NCBI GenBank assembly: GCA_041497675.1
Contig: JBGQGY010000053.1
Coordinates: 1-22,821, forward strand
DNA: 22,821 nucleotides
Direction: 5' to 3'
From: a bacterium
Lineage (GTDB): Bacteria > Sysuimicrobiota > Sysuimicrobiia > Sysuimicrobiales > Humicultoraceae
Positions within the stretch are counted from its first letter, which is position 1. Every line of letters begins with the position of its first letter. Made by a program: the position numbers and the translations under genes. The notes under the pieces were generated by a model. That model was given only the letters and a program-made list of their open reading frames with translations, did no database searches and was not told the DNA's origin. Below are positions 1-8,992 of this stretch, piece by piece.

Positions 1-1342
1 GCAGATTTTGGGCGCGGGTGTTGCTGCGGCCGATCCGGCGGCGGCGATCTACCGCGCCATCGCGTTTGACGGCTCGACGCTGCGCGTCGACGGCTGGGCG
101 CACGACCCGGCGCCCGGTGGGCGCATCGTTGTGGTCGGCGCCGGGAAAGCCTCGGCCCGCATGGCGATGGCGGTGGAAGATCTCCTTGGTGATCGTCTCG
201 ACGCCGGCGTTCTGGTCACCCGGTACGGGTACGGCGCCTCCCTGCGGCGGATCACGCTCCTGGAGGCCGGACACCCGCTCCCCGACGCCGCGGGGCAGCG
301 TGCGGCCGAGCGCGTCGCGCAGGTGGCGGCCGAGGCCGGCCCCGACGATCTCGTGCTGGTGCTGATCTCCGGGGGTGGGTCGGCACTGCTTCCGCTGCCG
401 GCGGCCGGGATCACGCTCGAGGAAAAGATCGCGGCGACCGATCTGCTCTTGCGCTCGGGCGCGACCATTGCCGAGGTCAATACGGTGCGCAAGCACCTCT
501 CGCGTATCAAAGGGGGGCACCTGGCCCGTCTGGCCGCGCCGGCCACGGTGTTCACCCTGATCCTCTCAGACGTGTTGGGCAACCCGCTCGACGCGATCGC
601 CTCGGGGCCGACGGTACCGGACCCAACGACGTTTGCCGACGCGCTGGCGATCGCCGATCGCTACGCGCTGCGTGCCCAGCTTCCGCAGTCGGTTCGTGCG
701 CATCTCGAAGCCGGCGCTGCCGGTCGCGTCCCCGAGACGCCCAAGGCGGGTGATCCGGCCTTTGACCGGGCGCGCGCGGTCGTGGTTGGCGACATCAGCC
801 TGGCCGCCGGCGCGGCCGGCGAGCGCGCGGAGGCCCTAGGGTATCACACGCGCCTGTGCGGCACCGATGTGCAGGGTCAGGCGCGCGACGTGGGGGCCCA
901 TTTGGGGAACATGCTCCGTGAGGCTCAGATGTCGCGGCGGGAGCCGCACCCGATCTGTCTCGTCATGGGTGGAGAGACGACGGTGACCGTTCGCGGCCGG
1001 GGACGCGGCGGCCGCAATCAGGAGGTGGCGCTGGGCGCCGCGAGTGTCTTGGCGGGCCTGCCGCAGACCCTGGTGGCAGCCTTTGGAACCGACGGGATCG
1101 ATGGTCCGACCGATGCCGCGGGCGCCGTCGCGGATGGAACGACCGTCGCGCGAGCCCGCGAGCGGGGGCTGGATCTCCAGGCCGCGTTGGACGCGAATGA
1201 TGCGTATCCGTTCTTTGACGCACTGGAGGATCTGATTGTGAGTGGACCGACCCACACCAACGTCAACGATTTGTGGCTGGGCATCATCGGTCCGGCGAAC
1301 GCCGGCGCCGCGCTGCCCTCGTCCCGCGGAGCGCGCGCGTGA
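1..1342 (+). CDS. Glycerate 2-kinase, class II (GckA/TtuD, MOFRL family); 5' end outside window
   Basis: Motifs VGAGKA, LISGGGSAL, RKHLSRIKGG, SDVLG..IASGPT, GGETTV, GRGGRNQE, GTDGIDG, GPTHTNVND. Frame is open to the window edge. Confidence 0.92.
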   Translation, partial: QILGAGVAAADPAAAIYRAIAFDGSTLRVDGWAHDPAPGGRIVVVGAGKASARMAMAVEDLLGDRLDAGVLVTRYGYGASLRRITLLEAGHPLPDAAGQRAAERVAQVAAEAGPDDLVLVLISGGGSALLPLPAAGITLEEKIAATDLLLRSGATIAEVNTVRKHLSRIKGGHLARLAAPATVFTLILSDVLGNPLDAIASGPTVPDPTTFADALAIADRYALRAQLPQSVRAHLEAGAAGRVPETPKAGDPAFDRARAVVVGDISLAAGAAGERAEALGYHTRLCGTDVQGQARDVGAHLGNMLREAQMSRREPHPICLVMGGETTVTVRGRGRGGRNQEVALGAASVLAGLPQTLVAAFGTDGIDGPTDAAGAVADGTTVARARERGLDLQAALDANDAYPFFDALEDLIVSGPTHTNVNDLWLGIIGPANAGAALPSSRGARA

Positions 1343-2781
1343 GGGTGCTCTTTGTGGTCTCTGAAGCAGTGCCGTTTGCCAAGACCGGTGGACTCGGCGA
1401 TGTGGCCGGCGCCCTGCCGGCAGCGCTCCGGCGGAAGGGGCTCGACGTCAGGGTGATGATGCCGCTCTACCGGGGCATACCGCGCGACGGTCTGCAACCG
1501 GTCACGCGCGCGAGTGCTGAGATCGGGGGGGCGCACCTCGAAGGCGCGATCTGGCTGGGCGCGTTTCCCAACGGGACGCCCGTGTACCTGCTGGATTGCG
1601 CGCCGCTCTACGACCGGGGTGGGCTCTACGGTGAAGGCGGCCGCGACTATGACGACAACCTGACGCGGTTTGTCTTCTTCTGTCAGGCCGCATTCGTTCT
1701 GGCGCGCGACACCTGGGCTCCCGACGTGGTGCATGGTCACGATTGGCACGCCGCCCTGGTGCCGGCCTATTTGCGGATGCACCGCAGCCCCGTGCCGACG
1801 TTGTTCACCGTTCACAACCTGGCCCACCAGGGGCTCTTTCCCGGCGACCAGTTTCGGTTGACCGGGCTGCCGGGCGAGACCTTCACCCTCGAGGGTGTCG
1901 AGTTCTACGGCCGGCTCAACGTGATGAAGGCCGGGTTGGTGTCCTCACACGTCTTGAGCACGGTCAGCGAGACGTATGCGCGCGAGATTCAAACCGATGA
2001 GTGTGGGATGGGTCTGCAGGGATTGCTGCGCGCCCGATCCGCCGACCTGTTTGGTGTGCTGAACGGCGTCGACTACTCGCAGTGGGATCCGCGTGTGGAT
2101 GAACACATCCCGGCGCGGTACGGTCCCGACGAGCTCTCCGGCAAGGCGGTGTGCAAGGCCTCGCTGCAGCAAGAGCTGGGGCTACCGGTCGAACCGCACG
2201 TGCCGGTGATTGGTGTGATCGCTCGGCTGGTGCCGCAAAAGGGGTTCGATCTGATCGCCGGCGCGCTTGATCCCATCACGGCGATGGGCGCGCAGGTCGT
2301 TGTGCTGGGGACCGGCGACCCGGCGTACGAGGCCGCCGCCCGCGCGGCGCAGGCGCGACTGCCCCACCAGGTGCGGGCGCTCATCGGCTTCGACGAGCGG
2401 CTGGCGCATCACATCGAAGCCGGCGCGGATATCTTCCTGATGCCCTCACGCTTCGAACCCTCCGGTCTCAACCAGCTCTACAGCCTGCGCTATGGGACGG
2501 TACCCGTTGTGCGGCGGACCGGGGGGCTCGCGGATAGCATCATCGATGTGACGCCGGAGACATTGCACATGGGAACAGCCAATGGGTTTGCGTTTGAACC
2601 ATACTCGACCGAGGCGCTTGTGGCGACGGTGGGCCGCGCGATTGCCGCCTACCGCGACGCGGGGTTGTGGCGCTGGTTGCAATATGTGGGGATGCGAGCA
2701 GATTTCTCGTGGGATCGGGCTGCGGAGAAGTACGTGTCCCTCTACACGATGACGATCGAGCGTGCCTCGAAATGGCGATGA
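1339..2781 (+). CDS. glgA: Glycogen synthase (GT5)
   Basis: KTGGLGDV, HGHDWH, TVHNLAHQG, PSRFEPSGLNQLYSLRYGT. GTG start overlaps the upstream stop (GTGA). Confidence 0.96.
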   Translation: MRVLFVVSEAVPFAKTGGLGDVAGALPAALRRKGLDVRVMMPLYRGIPRDGLQPVTRASAEIGGAHLEGAIWLGAFPNGTPVYLLDCAPLYDRGGLYGEGGRDYDDNLTRFVFFCQAAFVLARDTWAPDVVHGHDWHAALVPAYLRMHRSPVPTLFTVHNLAHQGLFPGDQFRLTGLPGETFTLEGVEFYGRLNVMKAGLVSSHVLSTVSETYAREIQTDECGMGLQGLLRARSADLFGVLNGVDYSQWDPRVDEHIPARYGPDELSGKAVCKASLQQELGLPVEPHVPVIGVIARLVPQKGFDLIAGALDPITAMGAQVVVLGTGDPAYEAAARAAQARLPHQVRALIGFDERLAHHIEAGADIFLMPSRFEPSGLNQLYSLRYGTVPVVRRTGGLADSIIDVTPETLHMGTANGFAFEPYSTEALVATVGRAIAAYRDAGLWRWLQYVGMRADFSWDRAAEKYVSLYTMTIERASKWR

Positions 2782-4457
2782 TAGCCTATTTTTGCATGGA
2801 AGTCGGTCTCGATCGGGCGATGCCTACGTATAGCGGTGGGCTAGGTGTGCTCGCCGGAGACACCCTGCTGACGGCGGCGGATCTGGGGATCCCCATGGTC
2901 GGCGTCACCCTGCTGCATCGCAAAGGGCACTTTCGCCAGAGGCTTGACGCCGCCGGGAATCAGACCGAGGAACCGGCGTCCTGGTCACCCGAGGCCTTTC
3001 TCCAACCGCTGGCGGCCCGCGCAGTCGTCGCGATCGAGGGACGTGCTGTGCACGTGCGTCCTTGGCGTCTGGCGATCCACGGTTCCAACGAACACACCGT
3101 GCCCGTGTACTTCCTCGACACTGACCTGCCCGAGAACAGCCCGGAGGATCGGTCTCTGACCGACTTCCTGTACGGCGGGGACGGGAACTACCGGTTGGCG
3201 CAGGAAGCGATCTTAGGCTTCGGGGGCGTGGCGTTGCTACGCGCCCTGGGACACGACGTGCGCACCTACCACATGAATGAAAGCCACACCGCGCTGCTCG
3301 TCGTCGGCCTGCTGGAGGACCAAACGCAGGGGCGCGGTCTTGACAAGGTCACCGAAGCCGACGCGCAAATGATCCGGGAGCGTTGTGTGTTCACCACGCA
3401 TACGCCGGTGGCGGAGGGGCACGACCAGTTTTCTTTCGACATGGTGCGTCAGATCTTGGGCTCGGATCGGGCCGCCTTTTTCGAAACCCACCCATCCTGC
3501 CGGGACGGCGCCTTGAACATGACCCAACTGGCCCTGTATTTCTCCCGCTATATCAACGGCGTGTCGATGCGACACGCAGAGGTCTCGCGCGGTCTGTACC
3601 CGCACCACTCGATCAATTCCATCACGAACGGCGTGCACGCCGTCAGATGGGCCGCGGACTCGTTCCGCCGCTTGTACGACAAACGGTTCCCGCAGTGGCG
3701 GAGAGACCATCAGTATCTCCGGTATGCGATCGGCATCCCTCTTGACGAGATCCAGCAGGCCCACACTGAGGCGAAGGGGATGCTGCTGGCCGAGATCCAC
3801 CGGAGGACCGGCGTCCAACTGGAGCGGGACGTCTTGACGCTGGGCTTCGCGCGCCGGGCGACGGGCTATAAGCGGGCCGACCTGCTGTTCTCCGATCCGG
3901 AACACCTGCGGCACATTGTCGAACGAGCAGGTCGCGTTCAGGTCATCTACGCGGGGAAGGCGCATGCGCGCGACGAAGGCGGCAAACAGCTGATCCGTCG
4001 GGTGTTTGAAGCGGCAGGCGTGTTGAACGGCATCGTGCCCGTTTTGTACCTGCAGGACTACGACGTAGACCTCGCGGCGCAGATTTGCGCAGGAGTCGAC
4101 ATCTGGCTCAACACGCCGCAAAAACCGAGAGAAGCCTCGGGGACCAGCGGGATGAAAGCCGCCCTCAACGGCGTGCCGAGCTTCAGCGTGCTGGACGGCT
4201 GGTGGATCGAGGGCTGTGTCGAGGGAGTCACGGGCTGGTCGATCGGCGATGGTCCCGAATCGGAGAGCAATCCAGCCCTGGAGATCGCTTCGCTGTATGG
4301 AAAACTGGAACATGACGTCCTTCCCACCTTCTATGAGCGACCGGAGCATTTCCGGCAGATGATGCGCTGGGCGATCGCCATCAACGGCGCGTATTTGAAC
4401 ACCCATCGGATGTTGGCCCAGTACGCGCGCCATGCCTATCGCGCTGGGCCGGTGTGA
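2778..4457 (+). CDS. glgP: Alpha-glucan phosphorylase (GT35, short form)
   Basis: YSGGLGVLAGD, HMNESH, FTTHTP, GFARRATGYKR, PLP-lysine motif EASGTSGMKAALNG. ATGA overlap with the glgA stop. Confidence 0.95.
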   Translation: MIAYFCMEVGLDRAMPTYSGGLGVLAGDTLLTAADLGIPMVGVTLLHRKGHFRQRLDAAGNQTEEPASWSPEAFLQPLAARAVVAIEGRAVHVRPWRLAIHGSNEHTVPVYFLDTDLPENSPEDRSLTDFLYGGDGNYRLAQEAILGFGGVALLRALGHDVRTYHMNESHTALLVVGLLEDQTQGRGLDKVTEADAQMIRERCVFTTHTPVAEGHDQFSFDMVRQILGSDRAAFFETHPSCRDGALNMTQLALYFSRYINGVSMRHAEVSRGLYPHHSINSITNGVHAVRWAADSFRRLYDKRFPQWRRDHQYLRYAIGIPLDEIQQAHTEAKGMLLAEIHRRTGVQLERDVLTLGFARRATGYKRADLLFSDPEHLRHIVERAGRVQVIYAGKAHARDEGGKQLIRRVFEAAGVLNGIVPVLYLQDYDVDLAAQICAGVDIWLNTPQKPREASGTSGMKAALNGVPSFSVLDGWWIEGCVEGVTGWSIGDGPESESNPALEIASLYGKLEHDVLPTFYERPEHFRQMMRWAIAINGAYLNTHRMLAQYARHAYRAGPV

Positions 4458-4458
4458 C

Positions 4459-5190
4459 GTGCCATCTCTGAAACCGGTCGCCCTCTTCGTCACCTGTCTG
4501 GTCGATCAACTTTTCCCGCGCGTCGGTGAGGCCACCGTTCGCGTGCTCGAGCGCGCGGGGTGCGATGTGTATTTTCCTGAGGCGCAGACCTGCTGCGGTC
4601 AGGCGACGTTCAACGACGGCTTCTGGGATGAGGCGAGACCGCTGGCCCGCCGGTTTCTCGACGTATTCAGCGATGCACGACAGATCGTGACACCGTCGGG
4701 ATCGTGCGCCGCGATGGTGCGCGAATGGTATCCACACCTGCTGCGCGACGACCCGGCGGTGGCGACCCGCGCGCGAGAGATCGGGCACCGGACGTACGAG
4801 CTGAGCGAATTCCTGGTGCGCGTCTTAGGACTGACCGATCTCGGCGTGCGCTTCCCCGCCGCGGTCGCCTATCATCCATCGTGCCACGGTCTGAGGGCGT
4901 TGGGCCTGCGTGATGAGCCGGTGCGCCTTCTGCGCGGCGTGCGGGATCTTCGCCTGGTCGATCTACCGCGAGCCGAAGAATGCTGCGGGTTCGGCGGGTT
5001 CTTTTCGGTCAAATTCTCCGAACTGTCCGGCGCGATGCTGGACACGAAGATGGACTCGATCGAAGCCAGTGGCGCGGACGTCGTGACGGCCACCGACGCC
5101 AGTTGCCTGATGCACATCGCCGGGGGGCTGGCCCGCCGCGGAAGTAAGGTCCGGGCGATGCACTTGGCGGAGATCCTGGCGGGCGAATGA
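4459..5190 (+). CDS. lutA: Lactate utilisation protein A (CCG Fe-S domains)
   Basis: LFVTCLVD, QTCCGQ, SGSC, YHPSCH, EECCGFGGFFSVK, DASCLMHI. Confidence 0.92.
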   Translation: MPSLKPVALFVTCLVDQLFPRVGEATVRVLERAGCDVYFPEAQTCCGQATFNDGFWDEARPLARRFLDVFSDARQIVTPSGSCAAMVREWYPHLLRDDPAVATRAREIGHRTYELSEFLVRVLGLTDLGVRFPAAVAYHPSCHGLRALGLRDEPVRLLRGVRDLRLVDLPRAEECCGFGGFFSVKFSELSGAMLDTKMDSIEASGADVVTATDASCLMHIAGGLARRGSKVRAMHLAEILAGE

Positions 5191-6641
5191 TGGCAAGGCA
5201 CGCACTCCCCCACATCGACATCATCGGTAACACCGAGCGGGCATTGCAGGACCGTGAACTGCGGGGAGCCCTGGGCAGGCTCTCCGCGCTGCGCCAGCTT
5301 CGGGCCGCGGCCGTCTCGGAGGTCCCCGAGTGGGAAGCGTTGCGCGTGATCGCGGCGGCCGCGAAAGATCACGCGCTCGCGCACCTCGACACCCACCTCT
5401 TGCAACTGGAAGCCCGCATCACTGCCCTGGGCGGCGTGGTCCACTGGGCGGCCGACGGCGACGCGGCCCGCCGCATCATCATCGACCTGGCCCGGGACCG
5501 CGGTGTGCGCACCGTCGTGAAGAGCAAGTCGATGGTGACGGAAGAGATCCACCTCAACCCGGCATTCGACGCGGCGGGCATCAAGGTCGTCGAGACCGAC
5601 CTGGGGGAGTACGTCTGCCAGCTCGCCGGCGAGGCACCGAGCCACCTGATCGCGCCAATCATCCACAAGTCGGTGGCGTCGGTCTCTGAGCTCTTCACCG
5701 AGAAACTCGGCGTGGATCGCACCGATCAACCCGAGCAGTTGAACCGTGTGGCGCGGCAGGTCCTGCGCGCGGAGTTCCTGGCCGCGGACATGGGCATCAC
5801 CGGCGTGAACTTTGCGGTTGCCGAGACCGGCACGGTGGTCGTCGTCGAAAACGAAGGCAACGCGCGGCTCTGCACGACGCGCCCGCGGATTCACGTGGCG
5901 CTGATGGGTATTGAGAAGGTGCTGCCGCGGCTTGCCGATCTCGGGGTGCTGCTGCGCCTGCTGGCCCGCAGCGCGACCGGGCAGCGCGCCAGCGTGTACG
6001 TGTCACTGATCACCGGGCCGCGCCGGCCGGGCGAGACAGACGGGCCGGAGGAATTTCACCTCGTCATCCTCGACAACGGCCGCACGCGGCTGCTGGCCGA
6101 TCCGCAGTTGCGGGAATCGCTGCGGTGCATCCGGTGTGGGGCCTGTCTCAACGTGTGTCCCGTGTACGAGCGCGTCGGCGGGCACGCGTATGAGGCCGTA
6201 TACTCGGGCCCCATCGGCGCGGTCATCACGCCCGCTCTGGAAGGGCTCGAGCGGGCCGGCGAACTGCCCTTCGCGTCGTCGCTGTGCGGCGCCTGCGCGG
6301 AAGTCTGCCCGGTGAAGATCGATTTGCCGCGGATGCTGATCGAGCAGCGCAACCGCGCGGTGCGCAGCGGGCTGACGGGCCGCGTCGACCGCCTGTTCGC
6401 ACGCGCATGGACGCTCGCGATGGGCAGCCCGGCTCGGCTTGGTTTCTTGGCGGGCCTCGGCCGCATCGTGCAGCGGGCCGTCGTCCGCCGTGGCCGGATC
6501 GAACGGCTCCCGTATCCATTTGCCGGCTGGACCGCGCATCGCACGGCACCGCCGCTCGCCGCGACGTCATTTCGTACGTGGTGGAAGACGACGGGAGGCC
6601 GGACGCCGCGAGAGGCGCCGGCGAAGGGTCCTCACCGATGA
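5187..6641 (+). CDS. lutB: Lactate utilisation protein B (LUD domain plus two 4Fe-4S clusters)
   Basis: KSKSMVTEEI, ETDLGEY, ENEGN, CIRCGACLNVCP, SSLCGACAEVCPVKI. Confidence 0.94.
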   Translation: MMARHALPHIDIIGNTERALQDRELRGALGRLSALRQLRAAAVSEVPEWEALRVIAAAAKDHALAHLDTHLLQLEARITALGGVVHWAADGDAARRIIIDLARDRGVRTVVKSKSMVTEEIHLNPAFDAAGIKVVETDLGEYVCQLAGEAPSHLIAPIIHKSVASVSELFTEKLGVDRTDQPEQLNRVARQVLRAEFLAADMGITGVNFAVAETGTVVVVENEGNARLCTTRPRIHVALMGIEKVLPRLADLGVLLRLLARSATGQRASVYVSLITGPRRPGETDGPEEFHLVILDNGRTRLLADPQLRESLRCIRCGACLNVCPVYERVGGHAYEAVYSGPIGAVITPALEGLERAGELPFASSLCGACAEVCPVKIDLPRMLIEQRNRAVRSGLTGRVDRLFARAWTLAMGSPARLGFLAGLGRIVQRAVVRRGRIERLPYPFAGWTAHRTAPPLAATSFRTWWKTTGGRTPREAPAKGPHR

Positions 6642-7270
6642 GCCGTGAGCAGGTCCTGGAGCGCATCCGCGCCGCGCTCGGCGATGTCCCCGCGCGGGCA
6701 GACGAAGCGGCCGGACTTCCCACGTTACCCACCCCGCAGGTGTTTGCCGATCCCGTCGGGATGTTCGTCGAACGCTCGCGCCAACTCAGTATGACCGCCG
6801 AGATCGTCGCGTCGATGGACGATGCCGCCGCGCACGCGGCCGCATGGTGCGCCGGACGGGCCGCCCGCCGGGTCGCGGTGTGGAGCAGCGCTGACCTTCA
6901 ATCCGTTGTCGATCGCATCCGCGCGGCCGGTGTCGAGATCCTGGTGCCAGGATCGCCGCTCGACGCGCTGGCCTCGGCCGACATCGGCATCACGGGGGCG
7001 GAGTGGGGGATCGCCGAGACCGCGACGCTGGTCCTGTCTACAGATCCTGGCCGGCCGCGGCTCACCTCGCTACTCCCGCCGGCCCACATGGCGATTCTCC
7101 GCGCAGACCGAATCCTAGCGGATCTGCCCGCGCTTTTCGCTCGGTGCGGCGCGCTGCCGTCCGCGCTCACGCTCGTGACGGGTCCCAGCCGCAGCGCCGA
7201 CATCGGGTTTGTCCCCGTGCTGGGCGCCCACGGTCCGATGGCCGTGGCGGTGTTTGTGATCGCAAACTGA
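6638..7270 (+). CDS. lutC: Lactate utilisation protein C (LUD domain)
   Basis: MSREQVLERIRAAL start with ATGA overlap; IAETATL, SLLPPAH, TGPSRSADI, GAHGP. Confidence 0.9.
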   Translation: MSREQVLERIRAALGDVPARADEAAGLPTLPTPQVFADPVGMFVERSRQLSMTAEIVASMDDAAAHAAAWCAGRAARRVAVWSSADLQSVVDRIRAAGVEILVPGSPLDALASADIGITGAEWGIAETATLVLSTDPGRPRLTSLLPPAHMAILRADRILADLPALFARCGALPSALTLVTGPSRSADIGFVPVLGAHGPMAVAVFVIAN

Positions 7271-7286
7271 AGAGGAGGGCCAACAG

Positions 7287-8369
7287 GTGCTTGTCATCGA
7301 TTCACATCTCGACCTGGCCATGAACGCCTTGGGGTGGAACCGCGATCTGCGGCAGTCCGCGTACACGATCCGGGCGCAGGAAGCTCACACGCCGGGGAAG
7401 GGCAAAGGGGTAGGCACCGTCGCCTTCCCGGAAATGCGCAAAGGACGCATGGCCCTGAGCTTTGCCACGGCGATCGCGCGGTCGACGGGCCGGCCGGCCC
7501 CAAACATCGACTATCTGTCGTCGGCGCAGGCGCACGCGGTGGGTATGGGGCACATCGCGTACTATCATGCGTTGGAGCGTCAGGGCGACGTTCGCGTGAT
7601 CCGCGATGCGGCGTCGCTCGATCGCCACATGAACGAGTGGGTCGCCTGGGATGCCGCGCACCCGACTGATGATTCGTCGGAGACGCCGCCCCTGGGCTTT
7701 GTAATTAGCATGGAAGGGGCCGATCCGATCCTCGACCCCGGCGAACTCGAGGCGTGGTGGAAGCAGGGACTACGGATGATCAGCCTGAGCCACTACGGCC
7801 CCGGCCGGTACGCGGGTGGCACCGGAACGGAGTTTGGGCTGGGCGCCCAGGCGGTCCCCCTGTTGACCGAGATGAAGCGCCTGAACATCCTCCTCGACCT
7901 GACGCACTGTTCCGACGAAGCTTTCTGGCAGGCGCTGGATCACTTCGACGGGCGCGTCATGGCGAGCCACAACAACTGTCGGGCACTCGTCCCCCATCAG
8001 CGCCAGTTCACCGATGATCAGATCAAGGCCATCGCGAGCCGCGGCGGCGTGATCGGCGCGGCCATGGACAACTGGATGATACGAGCCGGCTGGCGCCACG
8101 GCGATGATCCCGCGCTGGTGTGCCTCGACGACGCCGTCAAGCACATCGACTACATGTGCCAGCTGGTCGGCAGCGCCAAGCACGTGGGCATCGGCACCGA
8201 CCTAGACGGCGGGTACGGCCGCGAGGGCTCGCCAAGGGATCTGGACACCATCGCGGATTTACAGAAGATCGTGGGGTTGCTGGCGCAGCGCGGCTACTCG
8301 CGCGATGATATCACCGCCATCATGTGGGGGAACTGGTCATCGTTCCTGCGCACCGTGTGGGCAAAATAG
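7287..8369 (+). CDS. Membrane/renal dipeptidase family (peptidase M19) metallo-hydrolase
   Basis: IDSHLD, SMEGAD, DLTH, SHNN, GIGTDLDGG, GNW. RBS GAGGAGG before the GTG start. Confidence 0.9.
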   Translation: MLVIDSHLDLAMNALGWNRDLRQSAYTIRAQEAHTPGKGKGVGTVAFPEMRKGRMALSFATAIARSTGRPAPNIDYLSSAQAHAVGMGHIAYYHALERQGDVRVIRDAASLDRHMNEWVAWDAAHPTDDSSETPPLGFVISMEGADPILDPGELEAWWKQGLRMISLSHYGPGRYAGGTGTEFGLGAQAVPLLTEMKRLNILLDLTHCSDEAFWQALDHFDGRVMASHNNCRALVPHQRQFTDDQIKAIASRGGVIGAAMDNWMIRAGWRHGDDPALVCLDDAVKHIDYMCQLVGSAKHVGIGTDLDGGYGREGSPRDLDTIADLQKIVGLLAQRGYSRDDITAIMWGNWSSFLRTVWAK

Positions 8370-8401
8370 CGAAGATGCGCCTTCCGCCTCACTCGTGCGT
8401 C

Positions 8402-8447
8402 TTGACACCAACCTGGGAGTAGACTTATACGTATAAGTACACGTGTA
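8402..8447 (+). promoter_or_regulatory. Promoter/operator of the TA operon
   Basis: TTGACA at 8402-8407; perfect palindrome ACTTATACGTATAAGT at 8423-8438 and TACACGTGTA at 8438-8447 covering the expected -10 region. Confidence 0.7.
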
Positions 8448-8462
8448 GTGGAGACAGGGGCC

Positions 8463-8693
8463 ATGCAAAGGAAGCTGACCATCACGGTTGATGAGCGGGT
8501 CTACAAGGGGCTGCACGCCGCTGTCGGGCGACGGCGAATCAGCCGGTTCATCGAGTCCTTGGTGCGACCCTACGTGGTCGGCAAAGACATTGAGGCGGCC
8601 TACCGGCAGATGGCGAAGGACGAGGCGCGCGAGGCCGAAGCGCTGGAATGGGCAGAATCGACTGTCGGTGACGTCCGCGATGAAACGCGGTGA
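8463..8693 (+). CDS. Antitoxin (RHH-like) of type II TA module
   Basis: 76 aa; N-terminal MQRKLTITVDE...ISRFIE; acidic C-terminus AYRQMAKDEAREAEALEW; overlaps the toxin start. Confidence 0.85.
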   Translation: MQRKLTITVDERVYKGLHAAVGRRRISRFIESLVRPYVVGKDIEAAYRQMAKDEAREAEALEWAESTVGDVRDETR

Positions 8694-8976
8694 GGTCTGG
8701 TGGGTTCGCAAAGAGCGTCCTGCCGTGATCGTCAGCAACGATGCCGCGAACAAGTACCTGAATCGTCTACAGGTCATACCGCTCACCAGCAACGTGGAGC
8801 GGCTGTACCCCAGCGAAGCCTATGTGACGGTGCGCGGGAAGAAGCACAAAGCCATGGCTGATCAGTTGACCACGGTGAGCAAGAGCCGGCTTCGAAAGCT
8901 TTTCGGTCGTCTTTCCAGGGCCGACCTGACGGGAGTGGAGCAGGCGATCAAAGTGCAACTAGACTTGGCTCTATGA
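8680..8976 (+). CDS. mazF: PemK/MazF family toxin with apparent ~10-aa in-frame deletion
   Basis: MKRGEVWWV-RKERPAVIVSND...VIPLTS...ADQLTTVSKSRL. The usual 'xDPxxGxE' segment is missing. Confidence 0.88.
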   Translation: MKRGEVWWVRKERPAVIVSNDAANKYLNRLQVIPLTSNVERLYPSEAYVTVRGKKHKAMADQLTTVSKSRLRKLFGRLSRADLTGVEQAIKVQLDLAL

Positions 8977-8992
8977 AGGCGTACCGTCATCA

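Noticed and set aside
3237..5894. Long antisense ORFs (418 aa, 340 aa) and similar ones elsewhere, such as 12136-13155
   Set aside because: Shadow ORFs of GC-rich genes with no recognisable motifs.
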